Source of the DNA: Centroscyllium fabricii
Taxonomy: Eukaryota
NCBI GenBank assembly: GCA_051313645.2
Contig: JBNRSN020000034.1
Location: forward strand, 24,180,001-24,244,000
Reading direction: 5' to 3'
DNA: 64,000 nt
Within the stretch, counting starts at the first letter, position 1. Each line of letters begins with the position of its first letter. Below the pieces are notes generated by a model that saw only the letters and a program-made list of their open reading frames with translations, made no database searches and was not told the origin of the DNA. This document shows positions 49,850-62,640 of the stretch, piece by piece. Position numbers and translations under genes: made by a program.

Positions 49850-50080
49850 TAGGTTGCTTTAGTCAATGTTGAGAACAGAGGGCTTCAGATCGAAAGGGAC
49901 ACAGGTGAGCCGCTGCTCCTTGAGCGGATTAGGAGCCCACTCAGAGCAGTGTAGGAGGCCAAAGGCAGGAAGACTGGATGGGAATTGAGAAGAGGAATTT
50001 TAAATGGTGAAACTTCTGGAGGTCAGAATCGCAATGGCGATGCTCAGTATAGCGGACACCCAATCTGGGGTTGGGTCCCC
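49850..50080 (-). mobile_element. Old Penelope-like GIY-YIG fragment
   Basis: Aligns by eye to 29420-29660 (ATGTTGAG..CAGAGGGCT, CAGTGTAGGAGGCCAA, CACCCAATCTG). Confidence 0.6.
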
Positions 50081-51407
50081 TAAAGACAATAACTTGTATT
50101 TATATAGTGCCTTTAATGACGCACCAGAGCGCTTCACGGGCCACGAGGGGTACTTTCCAAATACAAACAGGACAATCAAGTGAGTGAGATAAATTGGCAC
50201 CGATATACCTGGGCCGCGGTTAGAGTGCCGGGACTCCGGGGCCACGTGAACCTGGGGCTGCAAGCTGGGTAGATCGGAGGAGATCCCGGTAAATTGTCCC
50301 AGGGGAAGAAACGCCTGTGGCCCTGGACAATGGTGTGGGGATGGAGCCGTGTGCAGGTGCGATCTAGAAATGCCGATCCATATACACACGCACGCAACCC
50401 CACACAATATGCGCAGGCCATGAACACAAAGAAACAAAGTTATACACACACACACACAAGCGGCTGTTCACATATATCTTGCTAACTAAATATTCATAAG
50501 TACCCCTTTCCCAATTCACTAATTCCCTCACCTAAGCGTCTAAGTGTTTTCGGTTCAAGGAATCGGGTTAATTGCATCACTTCGGTCACAAATATTGGTA
50601 TAAACACTCCCTTCTAAAGGGACTTGGCATGCTGTGAGAGAATAAAGCAGTGAATGGGTTAAGTTATTGTGGGACGGGGTGAGGGCAAAGTGTGCAATGC
50701 TGGGTCCTGACCTGGTGCGGTCTCTGCAGCTGGATTTCCGATCGAGAGGTCTGGAGATAGACAGCGACCATCACAATATCAAGAGTGACATCAAGTGGCT
50801 GAGCGTGGACATTACAGCAGGGGCTGAGGAAAGGGGGGGGGGGGGGGGGGGGGCGAGGATTGAGGGGCTGCGGATGCTGAACAGGATGGCGCTTGATGCG
50901 TACGCCTGAATGTGCATTTAACTAGCTGGCCCCTGATAACTGCAAACCTCCCCGAGCCTCTCCCTTCATCTCCAAACGTGCCGCCTCTTCAATTCACTAA
51001 CGTAAAATAAAGTCACTAGACTCCGAAATGAAGCTGTTCTCGGAAGCACGAGTCTTTGACCCCGGGCTCATTCTGGCAAGTCCTAAATGTCCTGTCAGCG
51101 TGAAGAGCTTCGTTCGCTTTAAACTAGCACATTCCTCCTGCAGGAAGACCCCGTTTGCTCCCACCGTCCCCTTCCCCCTACTGCGATAGTTTTGTCCAAC
51201 TCAAAGCAAGAATGAAATTCGGCTGCAGAGAAACACAACGCGCGAGTTCAAGCCTCTGAGCTCGAAACGTTTAAAAATCGGAAACCTTCTGGTGAAGGCG
51301 AGCGATGTCGGTGTCAGCAAATGGAACAGGCGCGATTAAAGGCAGGCGGTGTCGGTATCAAACACAACCAGATCAGACAGACACTAACGCTCCCTCGACT
51401 AGGAAGG

Positions 51408-51667
51408 CCTGATGTGGAGGTGCCGGTGTTGGACTGGGGTGGACAAATGCAAGAAGTCACACAACACCAGGTTATAGTCCAACAGTTTTATTTTAAATCA
51501 CAAGCTTTCGGAGCGCTGCTCCTTCGTCAGGCGAAAGAGAAGTTGATCCAAAGAAAGCACATATGCAAGGGAGAGAGAAATCTGATCTCTCCCACATCAC
51601 CGAAAGCTTGTGATTTAAAATAAAACTGTTGGACTATAACCTGGTGTTGTGTGACTTCTTACATTTG
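51408..51667. mobile_element. Young 260-bp Penelope-derived non-autonomous insertion with ~70-bp inverted arms and a 13-bp TSD
   Basis: TCGACTAGGAAGG at 51395-51407 and 51668-51680; arms 51442-51511 and 51600-51669 are reverse complements with 1 mismatch. Confidence 0.85.
51499..51533 (-). ncRNA. Minimal type I hammerhead ribozyme motif, intact core
   Basis: Minus strand CGC-CUGACGA-A-GGAGC agc GCUCC-GAAA-GC-UU-GUG: CUGANGA and GAAA boxes, 5-bp stem II, palindromic AAGCUU at stem III and a short stem I. Confidence 0.7.
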
Positions 51668-51684
51668 TCGACTAGGAAGGACCG

Positions 51685-51990
51685 ATTTCCCTTAGCAGAT
51701 GGGTCAATAACCAGGGGCATAGACTTAAAGTAATGTGTAGAAGGATTAGAGGAGAGTTGGAGAATTTTATTCACCCAGAGGGTGGTGGGGGTCTGGAACT
51801 CTGCCTGAAAGGATGGTAGAGGCAGAGCCCCTCATCACATTTATAGAGTAATTGGATGTGCGCTTGAAGTGCCGCAACCTACAAGGCTGTGGACCTAGAG
51901 CTGGAGAGTGGGATTAGGCCGGATCGCTCTTTGTCGGCTGGTGCGGACATGATACTCCGAATGGCCGCCTTCGGTGCTGTACATTTCTCT
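51685..51990 (+). mobile_element. CR1/HER1-type LINE 3' end
   Basis: TTCACCCAGAGGGTGGTGGGGGTCTGGAACTC and the CCGAATGGCC..CTTC.GTGCTGTA tail. Confidence 0.8.
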
Positions 51991-54900
51991 GATTCCACTC
52001 TCTGCCCCATCAATATGGCTCAGCCCCCAACCTTGCAGAGCCTCAGTTAGCCACTGTATCACCCAGTTCCTTCAACAATGCTGCTTCTAGTAAATGACAC
52101 TCAATAAACGGGTTACTAATGGAAGTATTAAAACAACGCTTGCACGGGATCCCAGAAAGAACAAAGTTACAACGCTTCCAGAAAGGTTTTTCTTTAAACC
52201 ATCAGGTCATTTAAACTAGGCCCATGTGAATAAAGATTTAATTCAACCCCAGTTGAACTAGTTTTCTGACTCCATCATATGTGATTTTTTTTTATCCCAA
52301 GGACTTTCAGCGCCGTCCCCACTCAAATATAAATACAGCACAGAACGAACTTGCATCGAGACAGGGGGGGGGGGGGGGGAAGAGAGAGTGAGAGTCGTTC
52401 CGACCTCAGGACCTACCCAAAACACTTTATAGTCACTTTTGAAGTGTAGTCCCTGTCATGTATGAAACGCAGCTGTCAATTTGCGCACAGCTCCCTCAAA
52501 CAGCACTGAGGTCATGAGCAGATCATGCTCTAGTGATGTTGAATGCAGGATAAATATTGGCCAGGACACCGGGAACATCTCCCCTGCAACACGAGTGTTA
52601 TTTTATCGTCCCGTTTCTCCCCTTTCCAAAATCTGGCATCAATCTGTACGTGTAGAAAGCATGCTTCATTTTTACAGACTGCTCTCAATCTTTTTCACTC
52701 GTGGGGTTATTTACAAGGAGCGGAGTGAAACATTTGTTGACGATTAACAGGATCCAACTGGATGCCGTTAAAGCAAGACATTCCCACAGATGATGTATAG
52801 ATTCTCCCATCCCCCTGGTGTGTAGGGTCTGTGTCACACCGCCAAATGGCCTGTGATGTAGCGAGAACAGAAATGCTAATTTATTTAATGTAAACCCAAG
52901 ATTTGTTCCGATCAATCATTTCATTCAGTCTGTCAAAGTCCCCATTATGTCTTGAACCATTTATGCCGAGACTGGGAGATAAACGGCTCAGTAGCATACG
53001 AGGGGAAGTATTCTGCCTTGTCGCGAAAGCCAGCCAAAGAAATCACCGCAGATAAATGTCCCGAAGTCAGTGGCGAGGCTTATTTTCCCAACAATGTGCT
53101 GTCAAAGGGCAGCAGTTCAGCGCGAATCACGTAAAAGTTTCACTTTCTCGATTCATTTAAGCATCAAATCCCCCCAGCTCCCCGCATATCAAAAAAAACG
53201 GATCTTATGTTGTACGCGGAATTCTCGACGGTGAGTATTTCAATAGCTGCAGTCTGTTAATTGAACCACAACTCGTGATTCGCTGGGGAAGAATGACCCG
53301 TGTGAAACAACTCGCCCCATCCTCTGCGCTGTGCACGGTTCCTTCAACCATGCGCCCTCACATCCAATGCAGAATTTCATCTCATATCTACTGTTTCGAT
53401 TCACAGACTGTACATCCGGAGCCCCCACCCCACTCCAACCCTTGCAGCTTTTAAAACCTACAGGCTCCTTTCTCAGCACGATAAGCTGAAAGCAAATTTC
53501 TACAAACTCAGCCATCAGGCAGGAGTTTGCACCAAGAGCTTGCTGACGCTTCTTCCAAGTTTAGATATCAAAAGCATCATTGTAGCCCCGGAAGGGTTCA
53601 CCTTTTTACATATTCAATTGCCCAGGAACACGCGGTATTAATACCCCCACTGTAAAAAGGCGCGGAGTTGGACATCTCCACCGCACAAGAGCCCAATGCC
53701 GCTTGGCGTTAGCTTGGTTTCAGAGGCGCGTTACACTTATAGCAAAGGACATCAAATCCCTCCACCTCCTCGCCCTCTGTTCCCAGACCTTTTGTGCAAC
53801 TTATTCCAGGGGACAAGCACAATTACAAATACGATTGAACCGTTTAAATTGTGCTGTACGGAATAGATTGCCCCTCACACCGACGGTTTAAATATTTCAG
53901 CATATCGGAGGCTTTCGACACCGTCCACCGCTTCGAGCGAGAGAGAGAAAATAAAATCACCCGCACAAATCAGTCATTTCACCAAGAGTTCTAATATTTA
54001 CTACTATTTCAGAGTTCCAACCAATTTTAAGCAGGTTTTGGTTAATAACTAAATAAACAAGCTCCCGGTACTTTCCCACTTGGCTCGCACTGGTCAATTA
54101 CACGTGTTAATTTCAACTTCACCCGGCTACAAGAAGCCGGTCCCAAATTATGCACGTCACCTTATAAAATATAGGTTTGGGTTATTTTAAATAGCAGCTT
54201 AGGACGCAGAATGTGCCGCTTATGGCAATGACCCCCCCGATTTATCGCCGGGTACCTTGTGTAGGTCATAAGTTTTCAAACTGCGGTCTCCAGGTCCCAG
54301 GGAGTCATCAGATTTCGGTTGGTCTCTCAACAGATTTCTGTACTTAGACATATTAGCATTGTTATAGGTTTCAATATTAACCACGTTTGTGAAGTATTGA
54401 TTTGATTTATTTCCAGATCTTTCAGTTTGTATTCTCTTGGACTTATTAATTGATTTAAAATACAAGCACATTTAAAATTTAAAGTCAAACAAGCACATTC
54501 GTGTTTTAAATCTGTACAGATGTATAGACCAACAAAACACGTTTGCTGCCTGTAATGGCCTGGGGGTAAGTCTAACATCTGGATATTTCGGGAAGGGTAT
54601 CGCCCAGCGTGTCAGTCTTTAGAGGGGACCTACAATACATGTCTTTCTACTCGGGGTTCCTCAATAATAAAGCAACACACACACCTGATCTTTCGTGGCT
54701 GTTGTCGCCAGTTAGCTCTTGTACACTGGCATGAAATTAACAGCTCCACAACTCTCAAACAGAAAGCCAAATTGTGTACAACACTCTGCATTCCTGAAAC
54801 CCTGTTGAGTAAGCAAATCTTAAACCAAGAAGCAGCGAACTGGTGTCCAGCAATGGGCTCACTGTCTCCACAGTCCCGCTGCTTCACCCACCGCCAGCCC

Positions 54901-55639
54901 CACTAAAACCCACCCCCATGGCTAAACCCGGGGACAACTTTCAATTTAAACATGTTACGAAGACTCAAGGTAATGTTTATTTTTTTTCTCACTAAAATTG
55001 TGAATAAACAAACAATACAATAATTTTTCATTGGCTTGTACTGAACTCGGGGTAGCTGGCCGTTTCTCGCTCTGCTTTTAGGGGATCCGTTTGGTTTTGT
55101 GCCATTCGATATCGACACAACTCCTGACAGGACCAGGCGGGAGACTGGAGTCCGATTTCTCAGTCTGAGTGTGGGTAAAGACTATAAGCTCAGGCTGTGA
55201 ACGGAATTCTGCAATATCCCGTCCCATCGATCCCAGGCGTTAATTGGCGTCTTAAACCGTTTTCAACTGCGTCCGGAGCCAACAAGAACAAAAAGGTTCC
55301 TTCTGAACCCAGTATTTTTCCAACTAAGTAAGAATGAGAAGACGCGTACGTTATGCAGAATGCAAGAATTATATTTGTGCAATTATTTAAATACTCATTT
55401 CTGAATCCAATTCTGCAGTGGTCTCCCACCCACCCCCCGCATGCGGTTGGTTAACATCTGAAGTTAAGAAAACTAAGATTTCACCAGTTTAGATGTTTAT
55501 TTTGTGAATTGTGACGGCGTTAGTTGAAATAATCGAGCAAACTGCCTAGAAATTGGTCGCCGGCGGTGGCGCTAGTCGGGCAGTATCGGATCCACCGACC
55601 ATTATACACAGAGCTCCTTACTGTCTTCAGGAACCTCTT

Positions 55640-56030
55640 AAAGAGAGGTAGAGAGGTTTAGGCAGACAATTTCAGAGCTCAGGGCCCAGGCAGCTGAAGG
55701 CACGGCCACCGATGGTTGAGCGATTATAATCAGGGATGCTCAAGAGGTCAGAATTGGAGGAGCGCAGATATCTGGGGGTGGGGGTTGTGGGACTGGAGGA
55801 GATTACAGAGATAGGGAGGGGCGATGCCATGGAGCGATTTGGAAACCAGGATGAGAATTTTAAAATCAAGGCGTTGCTTAAACGGGAGTCAATATAGGTA
55901 AGTGAGCACAGGGGTGATGGGTGAACCGGACCTGGCGCGAGTTAGGACAGGGGCAGCCGAGTTTTAAATGATCTCAAGCTTACGGAGGGGAGACCATAGG
56001 AGGCCAGCCAGGAGTGCGTTGGAATAGATC
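55640..56030 (-). mobile_element. L2-type LINE fragment
   Basis: Minus-strand peptide RYLRSSNSDLLSIPDYNRSTIGGRAFSCLGPEL. Confidence 0.8.
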
Positions 56031-56070
56031 AGCACCATACATCAGCTAGCTCTCACTTCTAGAACCTGTG

Positions 56071-56165
56071 CAAGCAGTCACACAACACCAGGTTATAGTC
56101 CAAGTTTTATTTTAAATCACAAGCTTTTGGAGATTATGCCCCTTCGTCAGGTGAAAGAAAGACTG
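56071..56165 (-). mobile_element. 95-bp insertion of the same Penelope-derived family, 12-bp TSD, hammerhead with GAAA->AAAA
   Basis: CTAGAACCTGTG at 56059-56070 and 56166-56177; minus strand CAC-CTGACGAAGGGG...CTCC-AAAAGCTT-GTG at 56153-56118. Confidence 0.8.
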
Positions 56166-56244
56166 CTAGAACCTGTGGCCGAACACTAACGCTATACATC
56201 CCGAGACCCCATTTGTCCTTTTCATTACTGCTGCATACTATGTT

Positions 56245-56280
56245 AACGTTGGACTATAAACCTGGTGTTGTGTGACTTTT
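56245..56280 (+). mobile_element. 36-bp insertion of the same family in the opposite orientation, 13-bp TSD
   Basis: TGCATACTATGTT at 56232-56244 and 56281-56293 flanks GTTGGACTATAAACCTGGTGTTGTGTGACT. Confidence 0.75.
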
Positions 56281-56293
56281 TGCATACTATGTT

Positions 56294-57310
56294 GACAGTT
56301 CAAGGTCCTTTTCCACTAAACCTCCAACCCATTTCCTGTGTATTCTCTTGTAGATGTTTCCCATTGTATTCTGTGTATTGCTGCACATGTACCACTTTTT
56401 AGTCCAATTCCTCAAACTGTTCTGTTCACTCAGCAAGTGATCCAGTTCCTTTCTATCCACAGCTGCTCCGAGTTCAGCATCACTGGTAACCCCCCCGAGC
56501 TTCATTACTGAGCCTTCCTCCAAATCATGAATCAAAAGCAACAATGGCCCCAGAACCAATCACTGGCGCCACCATACTCAATGTTTTCCAGGTTGATGCT
56601 ACTTTCTTAACAACTACCCTTTAATCTCGGATTCCATCAGTTATTTATTTGCTTCTAAAGCCTCTCGTATATTCCTTGCCTCTACTTTATAAAGTAATCT
56701 CCAATGTGAAACTTTATAAAAGACGTTGCTAAAGTTTAGATGTATTACATCTGCTGAATGTACCTTGTCAACTCACTGCTACATCCTCAAAGAATTCCAG
56801 TAGATTGGCAAACACAATCTACCACCTGTAAATGCTTGCTGACTTAAAAAAAATCATTTTATGTTTCTCCTGATGCTTTGCTATTCTTTCAGGATATCTT
56901 CCATTATTTTCCTAATTATCAATGACAAGCTCACAGGTCTATAGTTCCTTAAATTATCCTTTCATTTCTTTATACAAATTGGCATCACATTTGACTCTCT
57001 TCAATGCATTGGTATAACTCCAGTATTAAGCAATACCACAAGGTATCCATCAAGTGTGACCAATTTAATTTCCTACCTCCTTTAATACTTTGTATTGAAA
57101 TCATTCTGGGTCAAGTACCATACTCTCCTTCAGTATCCTTTGTCAATCATGTCTGTATGTTAGTGTTTCTTTCTCTTGCCCTCTAAATTTCAATCTTACA
57201 TGAAGAACGCAGTCCTCCGCGTCATTTGTAAACACCGACACAAAGAAATCATTGAGGACATCTGCCATTCCGGGGTCATCAGTTGTCATGTCCCTCCTCG
57301 GTCTCATGGT
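56294..57310 (-). mobile_element. Old, heavily decayed CR1 ORF2 (RT) fragment
   Basis: Residual peptides MADVLNDFFVSVFT, VLGPLL and EKDL; NYRPVSL-like sequence near 56925-56947. Confidence 0.7.
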
Positions 57311-60300
57311 TTCCTTCATCACCTGTTTTTCCTGATTTTTGCACAATCATAATCTAGTTATTTATTGTGTCGCTTATTTTAATTAATTCTTGGGATAAGG
57401 GTGTTGCTGGCAAGGCCGGCATTTATTTCCCATTCCTAGCTGCCCTCGAGGTGGTGATGGTGGTGGGCTTTCTTCTTGAACCACTGCAGTCCACGTGGTG
57501 AAGGTACTCCCAGTGTTATTAGTGAGGGAGTCCCAGGATTTTGATTCAGTGGCAATGAAGGAACTGTGATATATGTCCAAGTCTGGATGGTGTGTGACTT
57601 GGCGGGGAACCTGGAAGTGATGGGATTTCCATGCACCCACTTCTCCTTGTCCTTCTAGAGGCTGGAGGTCATGGGTTTGGGAGATGCTGCCAAATAATTG
57701 CCCATCCAATATCTTAAACTCTTCCACCTATATTCAATCCAATCTTCAATCCATTGGTATTAGTTATACAGAAGTTTTATAATGAATATGAATTTGTTGC
57801 CTTAGGATGTTTTACGTTAAAGGAGTTCTATAAATGCAAATTGTTGTTTTTTTTAATCCCTTAACCTCCACACATATGTGCATTTAATTTCCTGCCTCCT
57901 CTACTATAACTTTTACTTGAAGGGATGTATTTATTCTGCAGTCCCCCAATTATGCCTCTGAATATATTCCATTTACTCTGTGCTTACCCAATCACCACAG
58001 TGTATCCCAACCCGTCATTCCTCATCCCCTCAAATACTGCCCTTCCTGATGTTAAAATAAAAATAGAATGCAACTAAGATTTTTAAGTTTTATCCCAAAC
58101 TGGTTGCTGTTGGCTAGTTGCTCTCTGACTGATCATATCCACCATTCCAAGGCTAAGACGGTTTTCTTATTGCTTCCATGACCATAAAAATGTCAAAAAA
58201 TTGCAATTCCCATTTTAATCTTCCCAACTACAAGACATAAGAAACGGCAGTTATGAGCAACCATGACAGTCTAAAACTAAGGGCAACTTGGAAGAACAGA
58301 GTGGAGCAAGATCTCATAATATACGCAATTAATCCAATCAGTCATATGTCAATGTAGCTAAAGAAAAGAAAATCTTTTATTTTTTATTTGTTCAAAGACG
58401 TTTGGTTAGTCATCGGTTAGTTAAATGCACCAGCCAGTGCTGAACTAAACCATCCAGCACAAAAGTCCAAGGTTTTATCTGCATCAACAATTTAAATTAA
58501 TGTGGTTGTTTTCATGGAATAAAACTTTCTAAAGAGCAGTGACACCAAGCAGGAAGTAGGAGAGAAGCCAAGGGAGATGGTTGAAGAGGTAAGTTTTGAG
58601 GAAGGTTGAGAGATAGCAGTGAAGAGGTATGGCAGAGAGCGCCAATGTGCAGGGTCCAATGACTGAAGGCTTTGATGATTTAGCAGAGGGAACCTCAACC
58701 ACATTGCTGTCAGGGTTCCACATAGGCTTCAGCAAGGAGGGGGGAAATCTCATTCCTCACAACTAATCAGCGACTGCTGATGGATGTTGGGTGAGGAGAG
58801 GTGTGGACTCGTCTGCAATGCTCTTCATGGCTGAATCGCCTAGACTCAGCTCTTCATGGCTGAATCGCCTGGTCATAGTCTAGACTCACACCAACAGTGA
58901 TTACTCGGCGAGTTAGTGGCCATGCGACTATGAGTCGTGAGAACACGTTCACTATATCGGTGGGGAGGCTATTCTAAGGGAAGAGCAGCAGGTGAAACAC
59001 CAATGGTGAAACACTCCCAAATACAGGCAGATTAAAAACTGAACTGTGCCTCATTAGCGACAAATTACTTACACAATTTGATATTTTGGGGCCAGTACTG
59101 CAGAAGCAGATACAAATCGCAGACCAGTAAAGAACCTGCCTATTCCAATACAGCTGGAACTTCTGTTCATTTTACTAAGTTAAAGGTGCTATATAAATGC
59201 AATTTGTTGTTGTTGATTATCTGTGGTTGTGTGTATGGGTTCACTTTCTCTCCTTACTAACCTACTTGAAAGATGATTTAAAAACTTTGTCCCATTCCAG
59301 GCATTTCAAAGAAAGCAGTTCATTAAGAATAATTATTTGATGTGTACCCCACGCGATGATTTATCATTGCAGTAGACATTTGTATTGGACCCCACCCCCC
59401 TACCCCATGGTTCAGGGAGTAATTGCACTGCCCAGATACTCTGTGCTATTAGCCAAATATCAAAGCCACTATCATTATTCTCAGCAGCCCCTATAATAGG
59501 GAGGAGAAGCAACAGTCAGAATTCCCACTCCTGGTCACTTTTCAGTGATTACTGCTGGAAATTGCTCGTTTGCAGACATCGGGCAAGAATAGTATGTGAT
59601 GCCTGCCACGTTTCAATAGCCTGCTAATATTTGTTGTCTCAGTTCACACATGAAGACTGGCCAATTAGGTTAGGTAACAGAAGATGCCGGTGGAAATATA
59701 TCCCAGCCAAGTTAACACCTTGACAAAAGGGAAATAAAATTGAAAGGACAAATTACAAGAAAACAATTGGACATAGAAGATGGCGGATTTTGCAGATATT
59801 AAGATATCAGGGGGTCATTACATGGGACTAATCTCAAAGGGTTCCAATGCTGCCTTAAAACATGAACGCAAACCCGGAGTGATTTGGGATAGTATTTTGA
59901 AAGTTAGACTGCAGCTCATCTATCAGCAACTTGTTTATAAGTTGTACTGTGGAGTTGATGACTCTGTTCTTTTCACTATTTTCTCTGTATCATGACGGAC
60001 TCTATGCTTAATGCATTTCACCTACCTTAGAGATAATGATACCTGCACTAAATTGTTCATCAGTGCAATGGAATAAAACAGATATTTACTGAATAGCAAG
60101 CCACTTCTTGCCAGGAACAAAGTTATTATTGGAAAATCCAGATTAACAAAGGAACTTGAACGTAAGGGTATAATTAGTCAAAACAGAGCTCAGTAACATG
60201 CCAAAATGTACATACTATATAAATGAGCAGTTATCAATACAATTTGCTAGGTTTTGTAACCATGTCGACATCCTAATCATTTTTGATCAAATTGCACCCT

Positions 60301-60539
60301 CTACAGGAGTTATGCAATAGAGCCAGTGACAAAAACATGGAAAGTTTGTAAGGTTTTGACATCTATACCACAAGGCTTTCAAGCAACTGCAAAGATTTTT
60401 GGCATCTCCACATTTATCATGTTATAATATATTTATATATATTTGTTATTTTTTCTAATTTTCTCCTCTCCAGTCCAGAAGACAGGGAGCAGCAGCCCTC
60501 CAGTGCCTCACCCGAGTGGCCATTCCTCCTGAGAGCATA

Positions 60540-61110
60540 GAAAATGATTGTTGGCAAAGCAATTGAGCAGGGAAGCAGAGAGACCTCGGAGTCTTACAAG
60601 ACTCAACACATCCAACCAATGCAGAGCAGCCATCAACAAAGCCAATAAAATGCTGGACTACACAGTCAACACGGTAGAACACAATTCTGAGGAAGCTGTG
60701 ACAAAACAGTTTAGCACTGTGGTGAAACCACATCTTAAGTATTGTGTCTGGCTTTGGTCGCCAAGACACAAGGGAGACATTCAAGCAGTGGAGACAGTGC
60801 AGAGAAGAGCCACAAGGCTGATCCCCGATGTCTAAGGACTGCGTAATGAGGAAAGACTAGATAAAAATGGGCTGCTCAGGGCACAGATTCAAACTGGTAA
60901 AAGCTAAATTAAAAAGTTTAGGACAGATGTCAGGAAATTCTTCTTTACACAGTGAGTGGTCAATATTTTGGAACAGACTTCCAGGAAAAGTAGTGGAGGC
61001 AAAGCCCCTAGAATGACTTAAGGAACAATTAGATGCGGAATAGGAGGGCACAAGATTCTTTCTGGATAGATGAACTGCTGTGGTCAGAATGGCCTTCCTT
61101 ATCCATAACT
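60540..61110 (+). mobile_element. Old CR1 3' fragment
   Basis: NQCRAAINKANKML...VKPHLKYCVWLWSPRHKGDIQAVETVQRRATRLIP. Confidence 0.82.
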
Positions 61111-62269
61111 ATCCCATGATTATAGTTGAACTCCATCCTGTCCTCACCCAATGTCCAACTTCCAGCAGAGGTCACTAAAAGGCAATTAGGAGTAGGGACT
61201 TGGAGAGTTCCCGATTTTGAAGTATTAAGATGAATTTGCAGTGAAACTGAAGGATGCCAGATTTTTGTGTCCATATAAATGCATCATTGTAATTACTTGT
61301 AATGAAGGCCATGTGTGATAAAGTGTGCAGTTGACGATGGACATAAGAACAAATTTTGAATTAGATTTTTTTAAATATCCAATATAAAATTTAATTCTCT
61401 GATCATTCATCATAGCTAATTTCCAGCTCATGGTTAATTTACCTTCAGTGAAGAGAGCCAATACAAACTGCTTGTCTTCCAAGTTCATTAATTAGCCATA
61501 ATCTGGTAATCATCTTTTAAGAGATGTGAAATGGATTCAGCAAGTTAGGCATGAAGACTGTGCAAGCACAACTAATTCAGGCCAACTTAAATTAAATTCC
61601 GAAGTGAAATGGTAACCAACACAGCACCAATGACCCATGTGCAACACCTTCAGTAAACCTCTGAAATAATAAATAAGCCATTTGGTCACTGCCAGTGAGC
61701 AATCAGAAACTTGCTGACAAGGCACATTGCTTCACTGTTTTGAGTTAGCGGTCTATTTTATAGTTGCTTTCTCTTCTCTCCCTCACTATATTGCTCATCT
61801 CTTTCCTTGGAGGAGATTCATGCTGGGGAATGAATCAAAGGGCAAGGGAAATCCTTCTGCACCTCACCCAAGTGTCACTATTCAAGTGTGAGCCGAGGCA
61901 GCAAATAGCAGCAGGCTATATAATCGCACAGGGCATTATAGCGGAGCCCGATGCTGTTCTCACCCATACGATACACTCAGTTACTATGTTCTCCTGCTAC
62001 ATGGCCATAATAAAATCTGTTGCATGTTCAAAGCCAATGCTTGTCCAACTATGACCCCATCCTCATGTTAAAGCGTATTCGGATAGCATGAATTATACAT
62101 CAGATCCTTGAGGGCCTTCCTCAATAAGATCAGTGACTTTTCTGACTTCCTTTTGTACACTGCCTCTCCGAATACACTCCGTGGAACCAAATAGTCACAA
62201 TATTTTGATAAAAAGTATGTTCCAAAGGTGCAATGATGTGTTCAACTGTTTTGCACTAGTTTTTTTTTG

Positions 62270-62640
62270 TTAATTTTCTCCCCTCCTCTCAAGGCACCAA
62301 CTTATGCACCAATATGGCTTCACGGATGCTGGCAGTTAAGATGCCGTTCTTCATGCGAGCGCTTGGACAGGGCGTGTTGAGCAAGCTGTACAGGGATCCC
62401 AGCCGAGCTTGGTTCGATATTCAATCAACCTCCACTTGTACACTTTCCAGCAGGAATCACTGGATTGCAATTAGAGGGACTGCTTTCACCTCCCTAAATC
62501 CAGAGGTGCAGAGACCAAGTGTAGTGCACCTACCTCAGCTGGGATAAGCTAAGTCAGTAGAAACTGGTGCTTAAACCTGGAACACACCTGTTTGTGCAGC
62601 TCAATACCAGTGGTGGTACCTTAACCCATTGCACCATCGG
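62270..62640 (-). mobile_element. Old tRNA-derived SINE, AmnSINE2-like
   Basis: Reverse-complement copy (TTCTTCATG.GAGC, ACTTTCCAGCAGG.TCACTGGAT). Further copies at ~58690-58930, 59440-59730, 61800-62000 and 63690-63960. Confidence 0.55.

Noticed and set aside
58820-58872. Short tandem duplications (here 29 bp; also ~62646-62730 at 50 bp and ~47495-47533 at 16 bp)
   Set aside because: Ordinary local slippage duplications with nothing pointing to function.
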